Positions 11,481-20,852 of a DNA stretch of 64,000 bases are shown piece after piece. Both the position numbers and the translations under genes were made by a program. Position 1 is the first letter of the stretch, and every line of letters begins with the position of its first letter. The stretch is taken from NCBI GenBank assembly GCA_963792415.1, contig CAWBVY010000006.1, positions 858,327-922,326 of the forward strand. The letters are read 5' to 3'. Under the pieces are notes generated by a model. It searched no databases, was not told the DNA's origin, and was given only the letters and a program-made list of their open reading frames with translations. This DNA is from Candidatus Deferrimicrobiaceae bacterium (lineage in GTDB: Bacteria; Desulfobacterota; Deferrimicrobia; Deferrimicrobiales; Deferrimicrobiaceae).

Positions 11481-12875
11481 ATGCCCGAGGCCGCTGCGCT
11501 CTCCGAACTGCCCCTTTCGAGAATCCTCTCGGCGCTGCTGTCCCGCGGAGGGGAGCACGGGGAACTGTTTTTCGAGGAATCCCGGTCCCTCACGGTACTT
11601 ATGGAAGATGGCCGAATCGAACGGGTCGTTTCGGGAACCGACGCGGGGATCGGCGTTCGCCTCCTCTTCCGCGGCAAAACCTATTACGCCTACACGAACG
11701 ACCGGTCGGCCGGAAACATTCTCTCCCTTTCGAACGACCTCTCCCGCTACGCGGAAGGGGACGGCGTCGCGGCGGCGCTCCCCGCGTCGTCACAGGAGGC
11801 CCGCGGGCCGACCGTCGTCCGGGTGCCGCCGGCCGCGCGGGGAATCGGCGAGAAGGTCGCGCAGGTTCGGGAAGTCGACCGGATCGCGAGGGGATTCTCG
11901 CGGGAGGTGCGGCAGGTCCGGGCGACCTGGTCGGAATCGCAGCGCCGCGTCGAGGTTGCCGCCCACCCCGGCGTCTTCGTCCGCGAGGGGCAGACGTATT
12001 GCGTCCTCGCCGTCCAGGTGGTGGCGGGGGACGACGGCGGGCTGACGATGGGATACGAGTCGGCGGGCGGGACCGAGGGGCTCGAGTTCCTCGACGGGGG
12101 GACGCCTTCACTGCTGGCCCGCAAGGCCGCCGGCAGGGCGGTGCGGGCGCTCCACGCGGCGAAGCTCCCCGGCGGGCGGATGCCGGTCGTCCTTTCCTCC
12201 GAAGCGGGAGGGACGATGGTCCACGAGGCGGTCGGGCACGGCCTGGAGGCGGACCTCGCCCGGCGGGGGATGTCGGTCTACAAGGAGAAGCTGGGGAAAC
12301 GGATCGGAAGCCCGCTGGTCTCCATCGCCGACGACGCCACCGTCCCCGGGAAGCGCGGGTCGTACGGGATCGACGACGAAGGAACGCCCGGGCAACGGAC
12401 CTTGCTGGTCGACGGCGGGGTCCTGAGGGGTTTTCTCCACGACCGCCTGTCGGCCATGAAGGACGGCGCCGCCCCCACGGGGAACGGCCGGCGGGAGTCG
12501 TACCGGCACAAGCCGATCCCGCGCATGACGAACACGCTCATCCTGCCCGGCGACACGCCTCCGGAGGGGATCCTTTCCGGCTCCGACCGGGGGCTGCTGG
12601 TCGTCAAGATGGGAGGCGGCCAGGTGAACACCGTCACCGGCGACTTCATGTTCGAGGTGGCGGAGGGGTACCGGATCGAGGGCGGCAAGCGCGGGGAGCC
12701 GGTCCGCGGGGCAACGATCACCGGGAACGGCCCCGAAGTCCTCTCGATGATCGACCGCGTCGGATCGGACCTCGGGTTCGGCATCGGCACGTGCGGCAAG
12801 GACGGCCAGGGCGTCCCCGTCGGGGACGCCCAGCCGACCCTCTCCATCGGCCCGCCGTTCATCACGGTGGGGTAG
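11481..12875 (+). CDS. tldD: TldD family metalloprotease
   Basis: HEAVGHGLEAD metal motif, DDEGTP, PRMTNT, GTCGKDGQGVPV; AGGAGG SD before ATG 11481. Confidence 0.93.
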   Translation: MPEAAALSELPLSRILSALLSRGGEHGELFFEESRSLTVLMEDGRIERVVSGTDAGIGVRLLFRGKTYYAYTNDRSAGNILSLSNDLSRYAEGDGVAAALPASSQEARGPTVVRVPPAARGIGEKVAQVREVDRIARGFSREVRQVRATWSESQRRVEVAAHPGVFVREGQTYCVLAVQVVAGDDGGLTMGYESAGGTEGLEFLDGGTPSLLARKAAGRAVRALHAAKLPGGRMPVVLSSEAGGTMVHEAVGHGLEADLARRGMSVYKEKLGKRIGSPLVSIADDATVPGKRGSYGIDDEGTPGQRTLLVDGGVLRGFLHDRLSAMKDGAAPTGNGRRESYRHKPIPRMTNTLILPGDTPPEGILSGSDRGLLVVKMGGGQVNTVTGDFMFEVAEGYRIEGGKRGEPVRGATITGNGPEVLSMIDRVGSDLGFGIGTCGKDGQGVPVGDAQPTLSIGPPFITVG

Positions 12876-12900
12876 TCATCCTGCTCCCGGGAGCGAACCC

Positions 12901-13521
12901 TTGGTAACGCGCATCCTCGAAGCCCTCGCGGGCTTCGTCATCTTCGTCATCTCCTCCCTCGGGCTGCCCGGCATCGTCCTGTTGATGGCGATCGAGTCGG
13001 CGTGCATTCCCCTGCCGTCCGAGGTGATCATGCCGTTCTCCGGGTATCTCGTCTACAAGGGGGTGCACACCCTCTGGGAGGTGGCGCTGGCCGGCGCCTT
13101 CGGCTGCGTGGTCGGGTCGGTACCCGCCTACTACCTGGGGATGTACGGCGGCCGTCCCCTCATCGAGAAGTACGGGAAGTACATCCTCATGTCCCGTCAC
13201 GACCTGGATCTGGCGGACGGGTGGTTCACCCGCCACGGCGAAGCGACCGTCTTCCTCGCCCGCCTGCTCCCCGTGATCCGCACCTTCATCGCCTTCCCCG
13301 CCGGGGTCGCGCGGATGGACATGAAGCGGTTCCTTCTCTACACCTTCGCCGGGTCGTTTCCGTGGTGCCTCGGGCTGGCGTATCTCGGGATGGTGCTGGG
13401 AGAGAAGTGGCCGACGCTGCGGGAATATTTCCACCGGTTCGACCTGCTGATCGGCGCGGTCCTTCTCGCGGGAGTCGTCTGGTACGTCCGCCGGCACTTC
13501 AAGCACCGCGTCACGGAATAA
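12901..13521 (+). CDS. DedA family membrane protein
   Basis: MAIESACIPLPSEVIMPFSG, RLLPVIRTFIAFPAG; TTG start. Confidence 0.92.
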   Translation: MVTRILEALAGFVIFVISSLGLPGIVLLMAIESACIPLPSEVIMPFSGYLVYKGVHTLWEVALAGAFGCVVGSVPAYYLGMYGGRPLIEKYGKYILMSRHDLDLADGWFTRHGEATVFLARLLPVIRTFIAFPAGVARMDMKRFLLYTFAGSFPWCLGLAYLGMVLGEKWPTLREYFHRFDLLIGAVLLAGVVWYVRRHFKHRVTE

Positions 13522-13525
13522 CCTG

Positions 13526-14278
13526 TCACTTCTCCTCGCGCAGGAGGCGCATGACGCGGAACGCCTCCGCGTGCTTCGGCCGGCGCGTTCCCCTCTTCCC
13601 GCCCGCTCTGCGAGCCGGGGCATGGCGCGCCGCGTCCATCGCCCACCCGAGAAGGAGAGGGGCGATGTCCCGTTCGCCCAGCTGGCTCCGATGGGCCGTC
13701 AGCGCCGCGATCTTCGTTTCGATCGTGTCCGTCACGTCGATCCATGTGTCGGGGGAAGGAGTCGAGCTGACGTAGACGGCGTGGACCTTGTGCACGGGTC
13801 CCGCCCCGGGCCACAGGAGCTCCATCTCGGCGCAGGGGAAGACCGCTTCGAGCCCCGCCTTCCCCGCCGCGACGTGATCCGGATGATTTATGTACCGGTC
13901 GCCGAAGAAGAGGGCCTGGGGGTCGTTGCACAGCACGACCTCGGGGCGGTGGCGGCGGATCCGGCGGACCAGCTCCTTCCGCAGCGCGAGGGTCGGGACG
14001 AGTTCGCAGTCGCCGTGACGCAGAAAGACGACCCGGGGGACGCCGAGGATCCGGGCCGATTCCCGCTCCTCCCGTTCCCGTACCCGCGCGAGGCTCTTCC
14101 GCGTGAACTTCCGGTCGTGCGTCCCCGAATTGCCGCTGGTGAGAAGTACGAAGGTCACGTCGCACCCGGCACGGGTCCATTTCGCGATCGTCCCGCCGAT
14201 GGTGAACTCGATGTCGTCGGGGTGGGCATAGATCGCCATCGCGGAGCGGGGCACGTACCCGGCGTCGAACCTGGGCAT
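13526..14278 (-). CDS. PIG-L/LmbE family deacetylase
   Basis: AHPDD, LTSG, HPDH, AHRSQ motifs; ATG 14278 with AAGGAG SD. Confidence 0.9.
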   Translation of the reverse strand: MPRFDAGYVPRSAMAIYAHPDDIEFTIGGTIAKWTRAGCDVTFVLLTSGNSGTHDRKFTRKSLARVREREERESARILGVPRVVFLRHGDCELVPTLALRKELVRRIRRHRPEVVLCNDPQALFFGDRYINHPDHVAAGKAGLEAVFPCAEMELLWPGAGPVHKVHAVYVSSTPSPDTWIDVTDTIETKIAALTAHRSQLGERDIAPLLLGWAMDAARHAPARRAGGKRGTRRPKHAEAFRVMRLLREEK

Positions 14279-14368
14279 GGGGAGTCTCCTTTCCTTGTGG
14301 GATGTTCCCTGCTGTAAGATGGTCCCGCAGGCCGATCGGACTCCGCGTCCCGAAGGAAATACCGCAGG

Positions 14369-15103
14369 GTGAACAACAAGGTCACCACGATCATCGCCGA
14401 GGTCGAAAAAGCCCGCAAGGGGATCGCGGTGTGCGCCGTCCTCTTCCTCGCCCTCGCCGCAATCTGTTTCGCCTTCTCGGAGCGGTTGCTGCTGGTGCTC
14501 GTGCGCCTGCTGGGGAAGAAGCTCGTCTCCTACTCTCCGGAGGAGGGGTTCATCGCCCTCGCTTCCCTCTCCCTGTATTGCGCCTTTGTCCTGACGCTGC
14601 CCGCGGCGGGGTACCTGCTTTGGCGACGCCTGCTCCTCCCCCGCGTCCCGGCGTGGCGGCGGTGGGGCGGCCCGGTCGTCGTCGTCGCGACGGTGCTCTT
14701 CGCGTGCGGATTGTTGCTGGGCTACCTCGTGATCCTGCCGGCGGGGATCGGGTTCCTCGTGGGGTTCGAGACCCGCGACTTCCGGGCGTTCATCTCCGCG
14801 AAGAAGTTCATCTCCTTCTCGGGCACGATGCTGATCGCCCTCGGGCTCTCGTTCGAGGCGCCGCTTCTCGCCTTCTTCCTTGCGAAGCTCGGATGGCTGA
14901 AACCGGAGTTCTTCCGGAACCGGTGGCGGCACGCCATCCTGATCTGCACCGTCCTGGCGGCGGTCATCACGCCCACGCCCGACGTCTACAACATGTCGCT
15001 GATGATCATTCCGCTGCTGGGACTCTACTTCGTCTCCTTCCTCGTCGTCCATCTGTTCGCGCCGGGAAAAGCGGCAGCCCCTGCGCCGGGCGAGACGGAG
15101 TGA
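14369..15103 (+). CDS. tatC: Twin-arginine translocase subunit TatC
   Basis: SPEEGF, GLSFEAP, WRHAILICTVLAAVITPTPD; about 6 TM segments. Confidence 0.88.
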   Translation: MNNKVTTIIAEVEKARKGIAVCAVLFLALAAICFAFSERLLLVLVRLLGKKLVSYSPEEGFIALASLSLYCAFVLTLPAAGYLLWRRLLLPRVPAWRRWGGPVVVVATVLFACGLLLGYLVILPAGIGFLVGFETRDFRAFISAKKFISFSGTMLIALGLSFEAPLLAFFLAKLGWLKPEFFRNRWRHAILICTVLAAVITPTPDVYNMSLMIIPLLGLYFVSFLVVHLFAPGKAAAPAPGETE

Positions 15104-15122
15104 GAGCGACCCGGGTCGCGTG

Positions 15123-16103
15123 TCAGGAACGTCGGGAAAGACCGAGGTCGCGGAGCATCCGCAGATCGTCCTCCGCCGGGCGCCCCGCCGTCGTGAGGTA
15201 GTTCCCCACCATCGTCCCGGTGGCCCCGGCGGCGAACATCAGCGGCTGAAGGTCGCGCAGGTTCACCTCGCGCCCCCCGCAGACGATGATCTCCCTCGTC
15301 GGGTTCGTCAGGCGCAGCATCGCGATGATGCGAAGGCACTCCATCGGGGACAGATCCGAGCGCCCCTCCAGCGGCGTGCCCGGGACCGGGTTCAGGAAGT
15401 TGACGGGTATGGAGTCGACCGCGAGTTCCCGCAGCGTCAAGGCCAGCTCCACGCGGTCTTCCGGGGACTCGCCCAACCCGAAGATCCCGCCGCAGCAGAC
15501 CCACGCCCCCGCCGCCTTCGCCGCCCGCACCGCCGCCACATCCTCCTCGTAGTCATGGGTGGTACACACCTTCGGAAAGAAGGAGCGGGACGTCTCCAGG
15601 TTGTGGTGGATCGACCGCAATCCCCGCGACAGGAGATACTCGACGTCCGACGGGGGGAGGGTCCCGAGGCTTACGCACGTTTCCAGCCCCAGCTCGGTCC
15701 GGATCCGGTCCACCGCATCCCCGACGCGGGTCAACTCCTCCCGGTTCCGCATCGCAAGCCCGGAGGCGACGATCGAGAATTCCCGGGCACCGCGCTCCTT
15801 CGCGGCCGCCGCTTCCCGGAAGATCTCTTCCCCGGACATCAGGGGGTATTCCCCGATCCCGGCGGCGGATTGAACGGACTGCGCGCAGAAGGCGCAATCC
15901 TCGGAGCAGAGCCCCGACTTGGCGTTCACGATGGAACAGAGGCGGATCCCGTCCCCCTTGAACCGGCGGCGGACGGCCTCGGCGACGTCCAGCAGCCGCC
16001 ACAGGGCGTCACCGCCGAGGGAAAGAACCGCGAGGGCATCCTCCCTGCCGATCCCCTCCCCCGACATCGCCTGCTCTCTGATCTTGTCCCAGAACGCTTC
16101 CAA
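15123..16103 (-). CDS. bioB: Biotin synthase
   Basis: NAKSGLCSEDCAFCAQS radical SAM motif, HHNLETS, CCGGIFGLGE, GNYLTT. Confidence 0.95.
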   Translation of the reverse strand: MEAFWDKIREQAMSGEGIGREDALAVLSLGGDALWRLLDVAEAVRRRFKGDGIRLCSIVNAKSGLCSEDCAFCAQSVQSAAGIGEYPLMSGEEIFREAAAAKERGAREFSIVASGLAMRNREELTRVGDAVDRIRTELGLETCVSLGTLPPSDVEYLLSRGLRSIHHNLETSRSFFPKVCTTHDYEEDVAAVRAAKAAGAWVCCGGIFGLGESPEDRVELALTLRELAVDSIPVNFLNPVPGTPLEGRSDLSPMECLRIIAMLRLTNPTREIIVCGGREVNLRDLQPLMFAAGATGTMVGNYLTTAGRPAEDDLRMLRDLGLSRRS

Positions 16104-16131
16104 ACGACGCTCCTGTCCGGACCGGCTTCCT

Positions 16132-17040
16132 TCAGTTGTACCCGACCGAGAGGAACGGGCGACGGATCGTCTTGCGGAATCGGACCGCCGGGTAGCCGAG
16201 GATGAGAACGATCTTCGGGATTTGACCGGCAGGCACGCCGTGTTTTCCCATCAGGTCCTTTCTTCGCTCGAGCACCGGCGCCACGCATCCGATCATGCAG
16301 GTCCCGAGACCCATCGCCTCGGCGGCAACCATCGCGTGGGTACAGGCGATGAACGCGTCGGCTCCATCTCCGTAGGGCGATGCGTGAAAGAGAAGCGTTG
16401 CCGGGGCGTCGTACAGAACGTAATCGACCCCTTTCTTCTTCCCCTCGACCAGGATCCGGCCCATCGGCAGGATGAAGCTTTGGAGCTTTTCCCGGTCGGA
16501 TTTCTTCATGGTCATCCGCAAGAGCGCCCCCAGCGGGCTTCCGAAGAACTTGAGGAGCCGTTCGTACGCGTCGGCGGTGTCCCACGCCAGTTCGCGGACC
16601 TTGTCGGGGTCAGGAAAGACGGTGACCCCGACCTCCCACGGAGGGATCCCCATCGGCGCAGTCGCCGCGGAGGCGATCACCCGGTCGATCGCCTCCCGCG
16701 GCACCGGCTCCCTACGGAAGCGGCGGATGCTGCGCCTCGACGCCATCAGCGCCTCCACCTGGTCGAAGGTCGCGCGGCGCTCTGGCACCGGCAGGACGAT
16801 CACGTCGAGCGGGTCCAGCTTCCGGCCGGTCACGGTGATGCTGTCCGAGGGGCAGACCATCATGCAATGGCCGCATGCGATGCAGCCGAACCCCTTGGAC
16901 GGGTCGATGCGGATCTCCCCGTCGCTGCCGTGCAGGACCTCGACCGGGCAGATCGTCGCGCACGCGCCGCAGGCGGTGCAGGTTGCCCGATCGATGACGG
17001 GATTGCCTGCCGCGTCTCCGAAACTGCCGATGATTCCCAC
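16132..17040 (-). CDS. Nitroreductase family protein with N-terminal 4Fe-4S dicluster domain
   Basis: CTACGACATICP and CIACGHCMMVCP; RRSIRRF, GLGTCMIG, LILGYP. Confidence 0.9.
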   Translation of the reverse strand: MGIIGSFGDAAGNPVIDRATCTACGACATICPVEVLHGSDGEIRIDPSKGFGCIACGHCMMVCPSDSITVTGRKLDPLDVIVLPVPERRATFDQVEALMASRRSIRRFRREPVPREAIDRVIASAATAPMGIPPWEVGVTVFPDPDKVRELAWDTADAYERLLKFFGSPLGALLRMTMKKSDREKLQSFILPMGRILVEGKKKGVDYVLYDAPATLLFHASPYGDGADAFIACTHAMVAAEAMGLGTCMIGCVAPVLERRKDLMGKHGVPAGQIPKIVLILGYPAVRFRKTIRRPFLSVGYN

Positions 17041-17161
17041 TGTGACCTCCCCCTCCCCGCACGAGCGTAGGAGAATCCCCTGCAGGCGTCATTATACCCG
17101 CGCCGGCAGGTGGTCGGATCCTTGGGGAGCGAACCCCGCCGAAATTCTTTACAATGTCGTA

Positions 17162-17818
17162 ATGGAATTTCGCGCACGCCTCCTGGTGTTCGACCTGGAC
17201 GGGACGCTGGTGGATTCGAAGGAGGATCTCGCCAACGCCGTGAACGTGGCGATCGAGTCGTTCGACCTCCCGCCGCTGCCGCACCCGACGATCTACTCGT
17301 ACGTCGGGGACGGGGCGTCCACGCTGATCCGGCGCGCCCTACCAAAACAGAAGGCCGACCTGCTCCCTGAAGTCCTCGACCGGTTCCTCGCGTATTACCG
17401 GAGACACCTGCTGGACACCACCCGCGCCTATCCGGGAGTGGTCGGGGAGCTGCGAAAATGGGCGGGGATCTACCGGATGGCCGTCCTGACGAACAAGGGA
17501 GTGGCGATGACGCGGGAGATCCTTTCGGGGCTCTCCCTCGACGGGTACTTCTTCGAGGTGCTCGGGGGGGATAGTTTCCACACCAAGAAGCCCGACCCGG
17601 AAGGGTTGCTCCACATCCTCCGGAAGGCGGGGGTCGAGGCGGAGGATGCCGTCATGATCGGGGATTCCGGCAACGACGTGCAGGCGGGAAGGGCGGCCGG
17701 CACCGTCACCTGCGGCGTCACCTACGGCCTGGGGGCTTCCGGGTTCGCCGAGCACCCGCCCGACTTCACCGTCGACCGCTTCCCCGAACTGTTCCGCCGG
17801 ATCCGTCCTGCGGGTTGA
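17162..17818 (+). CDS. gph: HAD-IA hydrolase, phosphoglycolate phosphatase-like
   Basis: FDLDGTLVDS, LTNK, KKPDP, MIGDSGND. Confidence 0.85.
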   Translation: MEFRARLLVFDLDGTLVDSKEDLANAVNVAIESFDLPPLPHPTIYSYVGDGASTLIRRALPKQKADLLPEVLDRFLAYYRRHLLDTTRAYPGVVGELRKWAGIYRMAVLTNKGVAMTREILSGLSLDGYFFEVLGGDSFHTKKPDPEGLLHILRKAGVEAEDAVMIGDSGNDVQAGRAAGTVTCGVTYGLGASGFAEHPPDFTVDRFPELFRRIRPAG

Positions 17819-17828
17819 GGGAGGGACC

Positions 17829-18437
17829 GTGGACGACCGGAAACCGTTCCCCGGAAAACCGCTGCTGGTCTTCGTCGCCGTGGTCGCGGCGGTGCGGCTC
17901 TCCTTCTCCTTATCCATCGGGCCCTTCCTCTCCCCGTCGCTTCTCGCCGCCGCCCTCTTTCTTTATTCCCCCCTCCCCCGGTATTGGCACCGCGGGTTCC
18001 CGGCGTGGGCTCGCGCGACGGACCCCGGCAGGAGCGTCGCGTTCTTCGCGCTGCTCGCCGGCGTGGGGGCGATCGCCTTCTACCTCTTCGTGCGGCTTCC
18101 CCTGCCCCCGGCGATCTCCCCGTACCACGGGACGTTTCCCCTGACGGCGGCGATGGCGGCCCACCATCTCCTGCTGGTCGCCCTGCCCGAGGAGGTGTTC
18201 TTCCGGGGATACCTGTACGACGCTTTCGAGGAGGCGGGACGGGAACCGGTGTTGCCCGTCGCCCTGCTCTTCGCCGTCGGACACTTCGTGATCGCCCCGT
18301 CCCCCTTCCGCCTGCTGACCTTCTTTCCCGCGCTCCTCCTCGGGTGGGGAAGAAAGCGGTCGGGGAACGTGTACGTCCCGACGGCGGTCCACTTCCTGTA
18401 CAACCTCTTCCCGTCCCTGATCGGGGGGTCGCCGTGA
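17829..18437 (+). CDS. CPBP/Rce1-like glutamic intramembrane protease, myxosortase (Mrt)-like
   Basis: VALPEEVFFRGYL, LFAVGH, RLLTFFPALLLGW, HFLYN motifs. Confidence 0.85.
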   Translation: MDDRKPFPGKPLLVFVAVVAAVRLSFSLSIGPFLSPSLLAAALFLYSPLPRYWHRGFPAWARATDPGRSVAFFALLAGVGAIAFYLFVRLPLPPAISPYHGTFPLTAAMAAHHLLLVALPEEVFFRGYLYDAFEEAGREPVLPVALLFAVGHFVIAPSPFRLLTFFPALLLGWGRKRSGNVYVPTAVHFLYNLFPSLIGGSP

Positions 18438-19531
18438 GCGGCATCCGCGTGGCATCCGGGCATCTGTTCTTCTTCTACGCCTACGACGCGGGCTTCGAAA
18501 TCGCGCTGGAGGAGGCGCGCGCCCTGTGCGAGGCGTCCGATTCCACGGGGATCGCGGGCCTGCGCACGGCGCCCGCTTACCTGCAGTACCGTCCGAAACC
18601 GCTCACCGTGTCCTCCGGGGTCGTTTCCGTCACGGTTTCCGGGAAAGCGTACCGGCTGGAGGCGACGGTGAAGGTCTTCGATTTCGGGGCCCTCTCCGTG
18701 ACGTTCACACTCCCGACCGAGGATCTCCCCCTCGAGGAATACGCGGAGATCGCGCTTTCCCTCGCCGCGGAGAACGGGATGGAGAAGTCCGCCCGGGATG
18801 CGGCGCGGAGGCTGTTCGAGCGGATCCGCCCCGCCGTTTCCCGCCCGATGTTCGCGGACCTCGTGGAAGAATATTGCGTCTGGCACGTCGGCGGATTCTC
18901 TCCGGGAATGAGCGGGACGGAGGCGTTCGCCCGCCTTCCCCGGGAGATCGCGCGCCTGCTGACCCTCGAACGGGGCGAACTGAGCGAAGCGGCGGTCACC
19001 GACATTCTCCGCACCCCGATCCGGTACTTCGACAACGACCTGTTCCTGGCGGAGTGGAACGCCGCCTTCGTCTACGACCCGACGTTCCAGGACACGGTGG
19101 AAGTGCTCGAATTCCTGAACATCCAGGTGCTGGAGTTGCGGTTCTTCGACCGCCTCCTCCACGAGGCGATCGAGGGGGTCTCCGAGGGGCTGCGCCCCCG
19201 GTGGCGGCTCTTCCACATCCTTCACGACCCGTACGAGGTCCCGCTGCGCAAACTCTCCGGAATCCGGACCGACGTCTCGCTGATCAGGGAACGGATCTAC
19301 AACGCACTGAAACTGGTAGGGGACGCCTACCTCGCCCGGGTATACGAGGAGGCGCGCCGGAAGGTGGGGGCGGAGAAGCACGAGGGGACGGTTCGCGACC
19401 AGCTTGCCACCCTCACGGACATCTACACGGTGCTGAACCACCAGGCCCAGGCGGCGCGCGAGGAAACGCTCGAACTGATCATCATCCTCCTCATCGCCAT
19501 CGAGATCGTCATGGGTCTCCTGCACTGGTAG
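18434..19531 (+). CDS. Conserved hypothetical protein with RMD1/YagE-like C-terminal TM
   Basis: GTG 18434 overlaps the upstream stop; ends LELIIILLIAIEIVMGLLHW; coding-like composition. Confidence 0.7.
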   Translation: MSGIRVASGHLFFFYAYDAGFEIALEEARALCEASDSTGIAGLRTAPAYLQYRPKPLTVSSGVVSVTVSGKAYRLEATVKVFDFGALSVTFTLPTEDLPLEEYAEIALSLAAENGMEKSARDAARRLFERIRPAVSRPMFADLVEEYCVWHVGGFSPGMSGTEAFARLPREIARLLTLERGELSEAAVTDILRTPIRYFDNDLFLAEWNAAFVYDPTFQDTVEVLEFLNIQVLELRFFDRLLHEAIEGVSEGLRPRWRLFHILHDPYEVPLRKLSGIRTDVSLIRERIYNALKLVGDAYLARVYEEARRKVGAEKHEGTVRDQLATLTDIYTVLNHQAQAAREETLELIIILLIAIEIVMGLLHW

Positions 19532-19642
19532 CGCGTCCGCCTTCCGAACCGGCCCGACGGAGTGTCCCTCGCCCACCCCCCGGTTTTTTTGATAAAATTC
19601 ATCGAGTACGCCCCAACCGTTCGTCCCAGGAGGTTTCCCGAT

Positions 19643-20830
19643 ATGAAGATCCGAACGATCGACCAACTGAACCTGTCGGGCAAGAGAACCCTCATCCGCG
19701 TCGACTTCAACGTTCCGATGGACAAGGCCGGAAACGTTACGGACGACACGCGGCTCCAGGCGGCGCTTCCCACGATCCGGCTGGCGATCGAGCGGGGGGC
19801 GAAGACGATCCTGCTCTCCCACCTCGGGCGCCCGAAGGGGAAACGGCTGCCGGAGATGAGCCTGGCTCCGGTCGCGCCGTGCCTGTCCCGGCTGCTCGGG
19901 AGGCCGGTGGCGTTCGCGCAGGATTGCGTCGGCGAGCCGGCTTCTATGGCCGTGGAGGCGATGAAGCCGGGGGACGTCCTGCTCCTCGAGAACGTGCGCT
20001 ATGAGGCGGGGGAGGAGAAGAACGACGAGGAACTGGGCAGACGGCTCGCCGCCCTCTGCGACGTATACGTCAACGACGCGTTCGCCACGGCGCATCGGGG
20101 ACACTCCTCCAACGTGGCCATCGTCAAGTTCGTCAAGGAGCACGCGGCCGGTCTCCTGATGAAGAACGAGATCGCCTATTTCGAGAAGGCGCTCGTCTCC
20201 CCCGCCCGCCCGCTGGCGGCGATCTTCGGCGGGGCGAAGATCTCCGGAAAGATCGAGGCGATCAACAACGTCCTCGACAAGGTGGACAAGATCCTGATCG
20301 GGGGGGCGATGGCGAACACCTTCCTCGCCGCGCAAGGGTACGGGATCGGGAAATCGCTCTACGAGGCCGAGATGGTCGACACGGCGAAGCGGGTTCTCGC
20401 CGGGGCGGCGGAGCGGAAGGTCCGGCTCTATCTTCCGGTCGACGTGGTCGTGGCCGAGCGGCTCGAGGCAGGCGTGCCGACCCGGACCGTGGCGGCGCGG
20501 GAGATCCCCGACGGGATGATGGCGCTCGACATCGGGCCCGCGACGGGCGCCCTCTTCCGCGAGGCGCTTCGCGATGCGAAGACGATCGTGTGGAACGGCC
20601 CGATGGGGGCCTTCGAAACCGCGCCGTTCGGGGCCGGGACGCAGGCGGTGATGCGGGCGCTGGCCGAGAGCAACGCGCTGACGATCGTGGGCGGCGGGGA
20701 CACCGACACCGCCCTTCACAAGGCGGGGCTCTTCTCCCGGATGTCGTACGTCTCCACGGGCGGCGGCGCCTTCCTCGAGCTGCTCGAGGGGAAGCACCTC
20801 CCGGGGATCGCCGCGCTGGAAGCGGGGTAA
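19643..20830 (+). CDS. pgk: Phosphoglycerate kinase
   Basis: RVDFNVP, SHLGRP, LLENVR, NDAFATAHR, VWNGPMG, STGGGA. Confidence 0.98.
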   Translation: MKIRTIDQLNLSGKRTLIRVDFNVPMDKAGNVTDDTRLQAALPTIRLAIERGAKTILLSHLGRPKGKRLPEMSLAPVAPCLSRLLGRPVAFAQDCVGEPASMAVEAMKPGDVLLLENVRYEAGEEKNDEELGRRLAALCDVYVNDAFATAHRGHSSNVAIVKFVKEHAAGLLMKNEIAYFEKALVSPARPLAAIFGGAKISGKIEAINNVLDKVDKILIGGAMANTFLAAQGYGIGKSLYEAEMVDTAKRVLAGAAERKVRLYLPVDVVVAERLEAGVPTRTVAAREIPDGMMALDIGPATGALFREALRDAKTIVWNGPMGAFETAPFGAGTQAVMRALAESNALTIVGGGDTDTALHKAGLFSRMSYVSTGGGAFLELLEGKHLPGIAALEAG

Positions 20831-20852
20831 GGCGCCGCGCCACGGAGGCAGG

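Noticed and set aside
9236-12907. 1223-aa plus-strand ORF and other long ORFs (20262-23429, 54318-57032, 18080-20797, 27000-29216)
   Set aside because: Antisense or alternate-frame shadows of recognisable genes. They are R/G/P-rich with no motifs, as expected in high-GC DNA.
12889-17137. 12-mer GGGAGCGAACCC upstream of both dedA and the HAD gene
   Set aside because: Short, non-palindromic and only two copies; cannot be distinguished from chance without a genome-wide count
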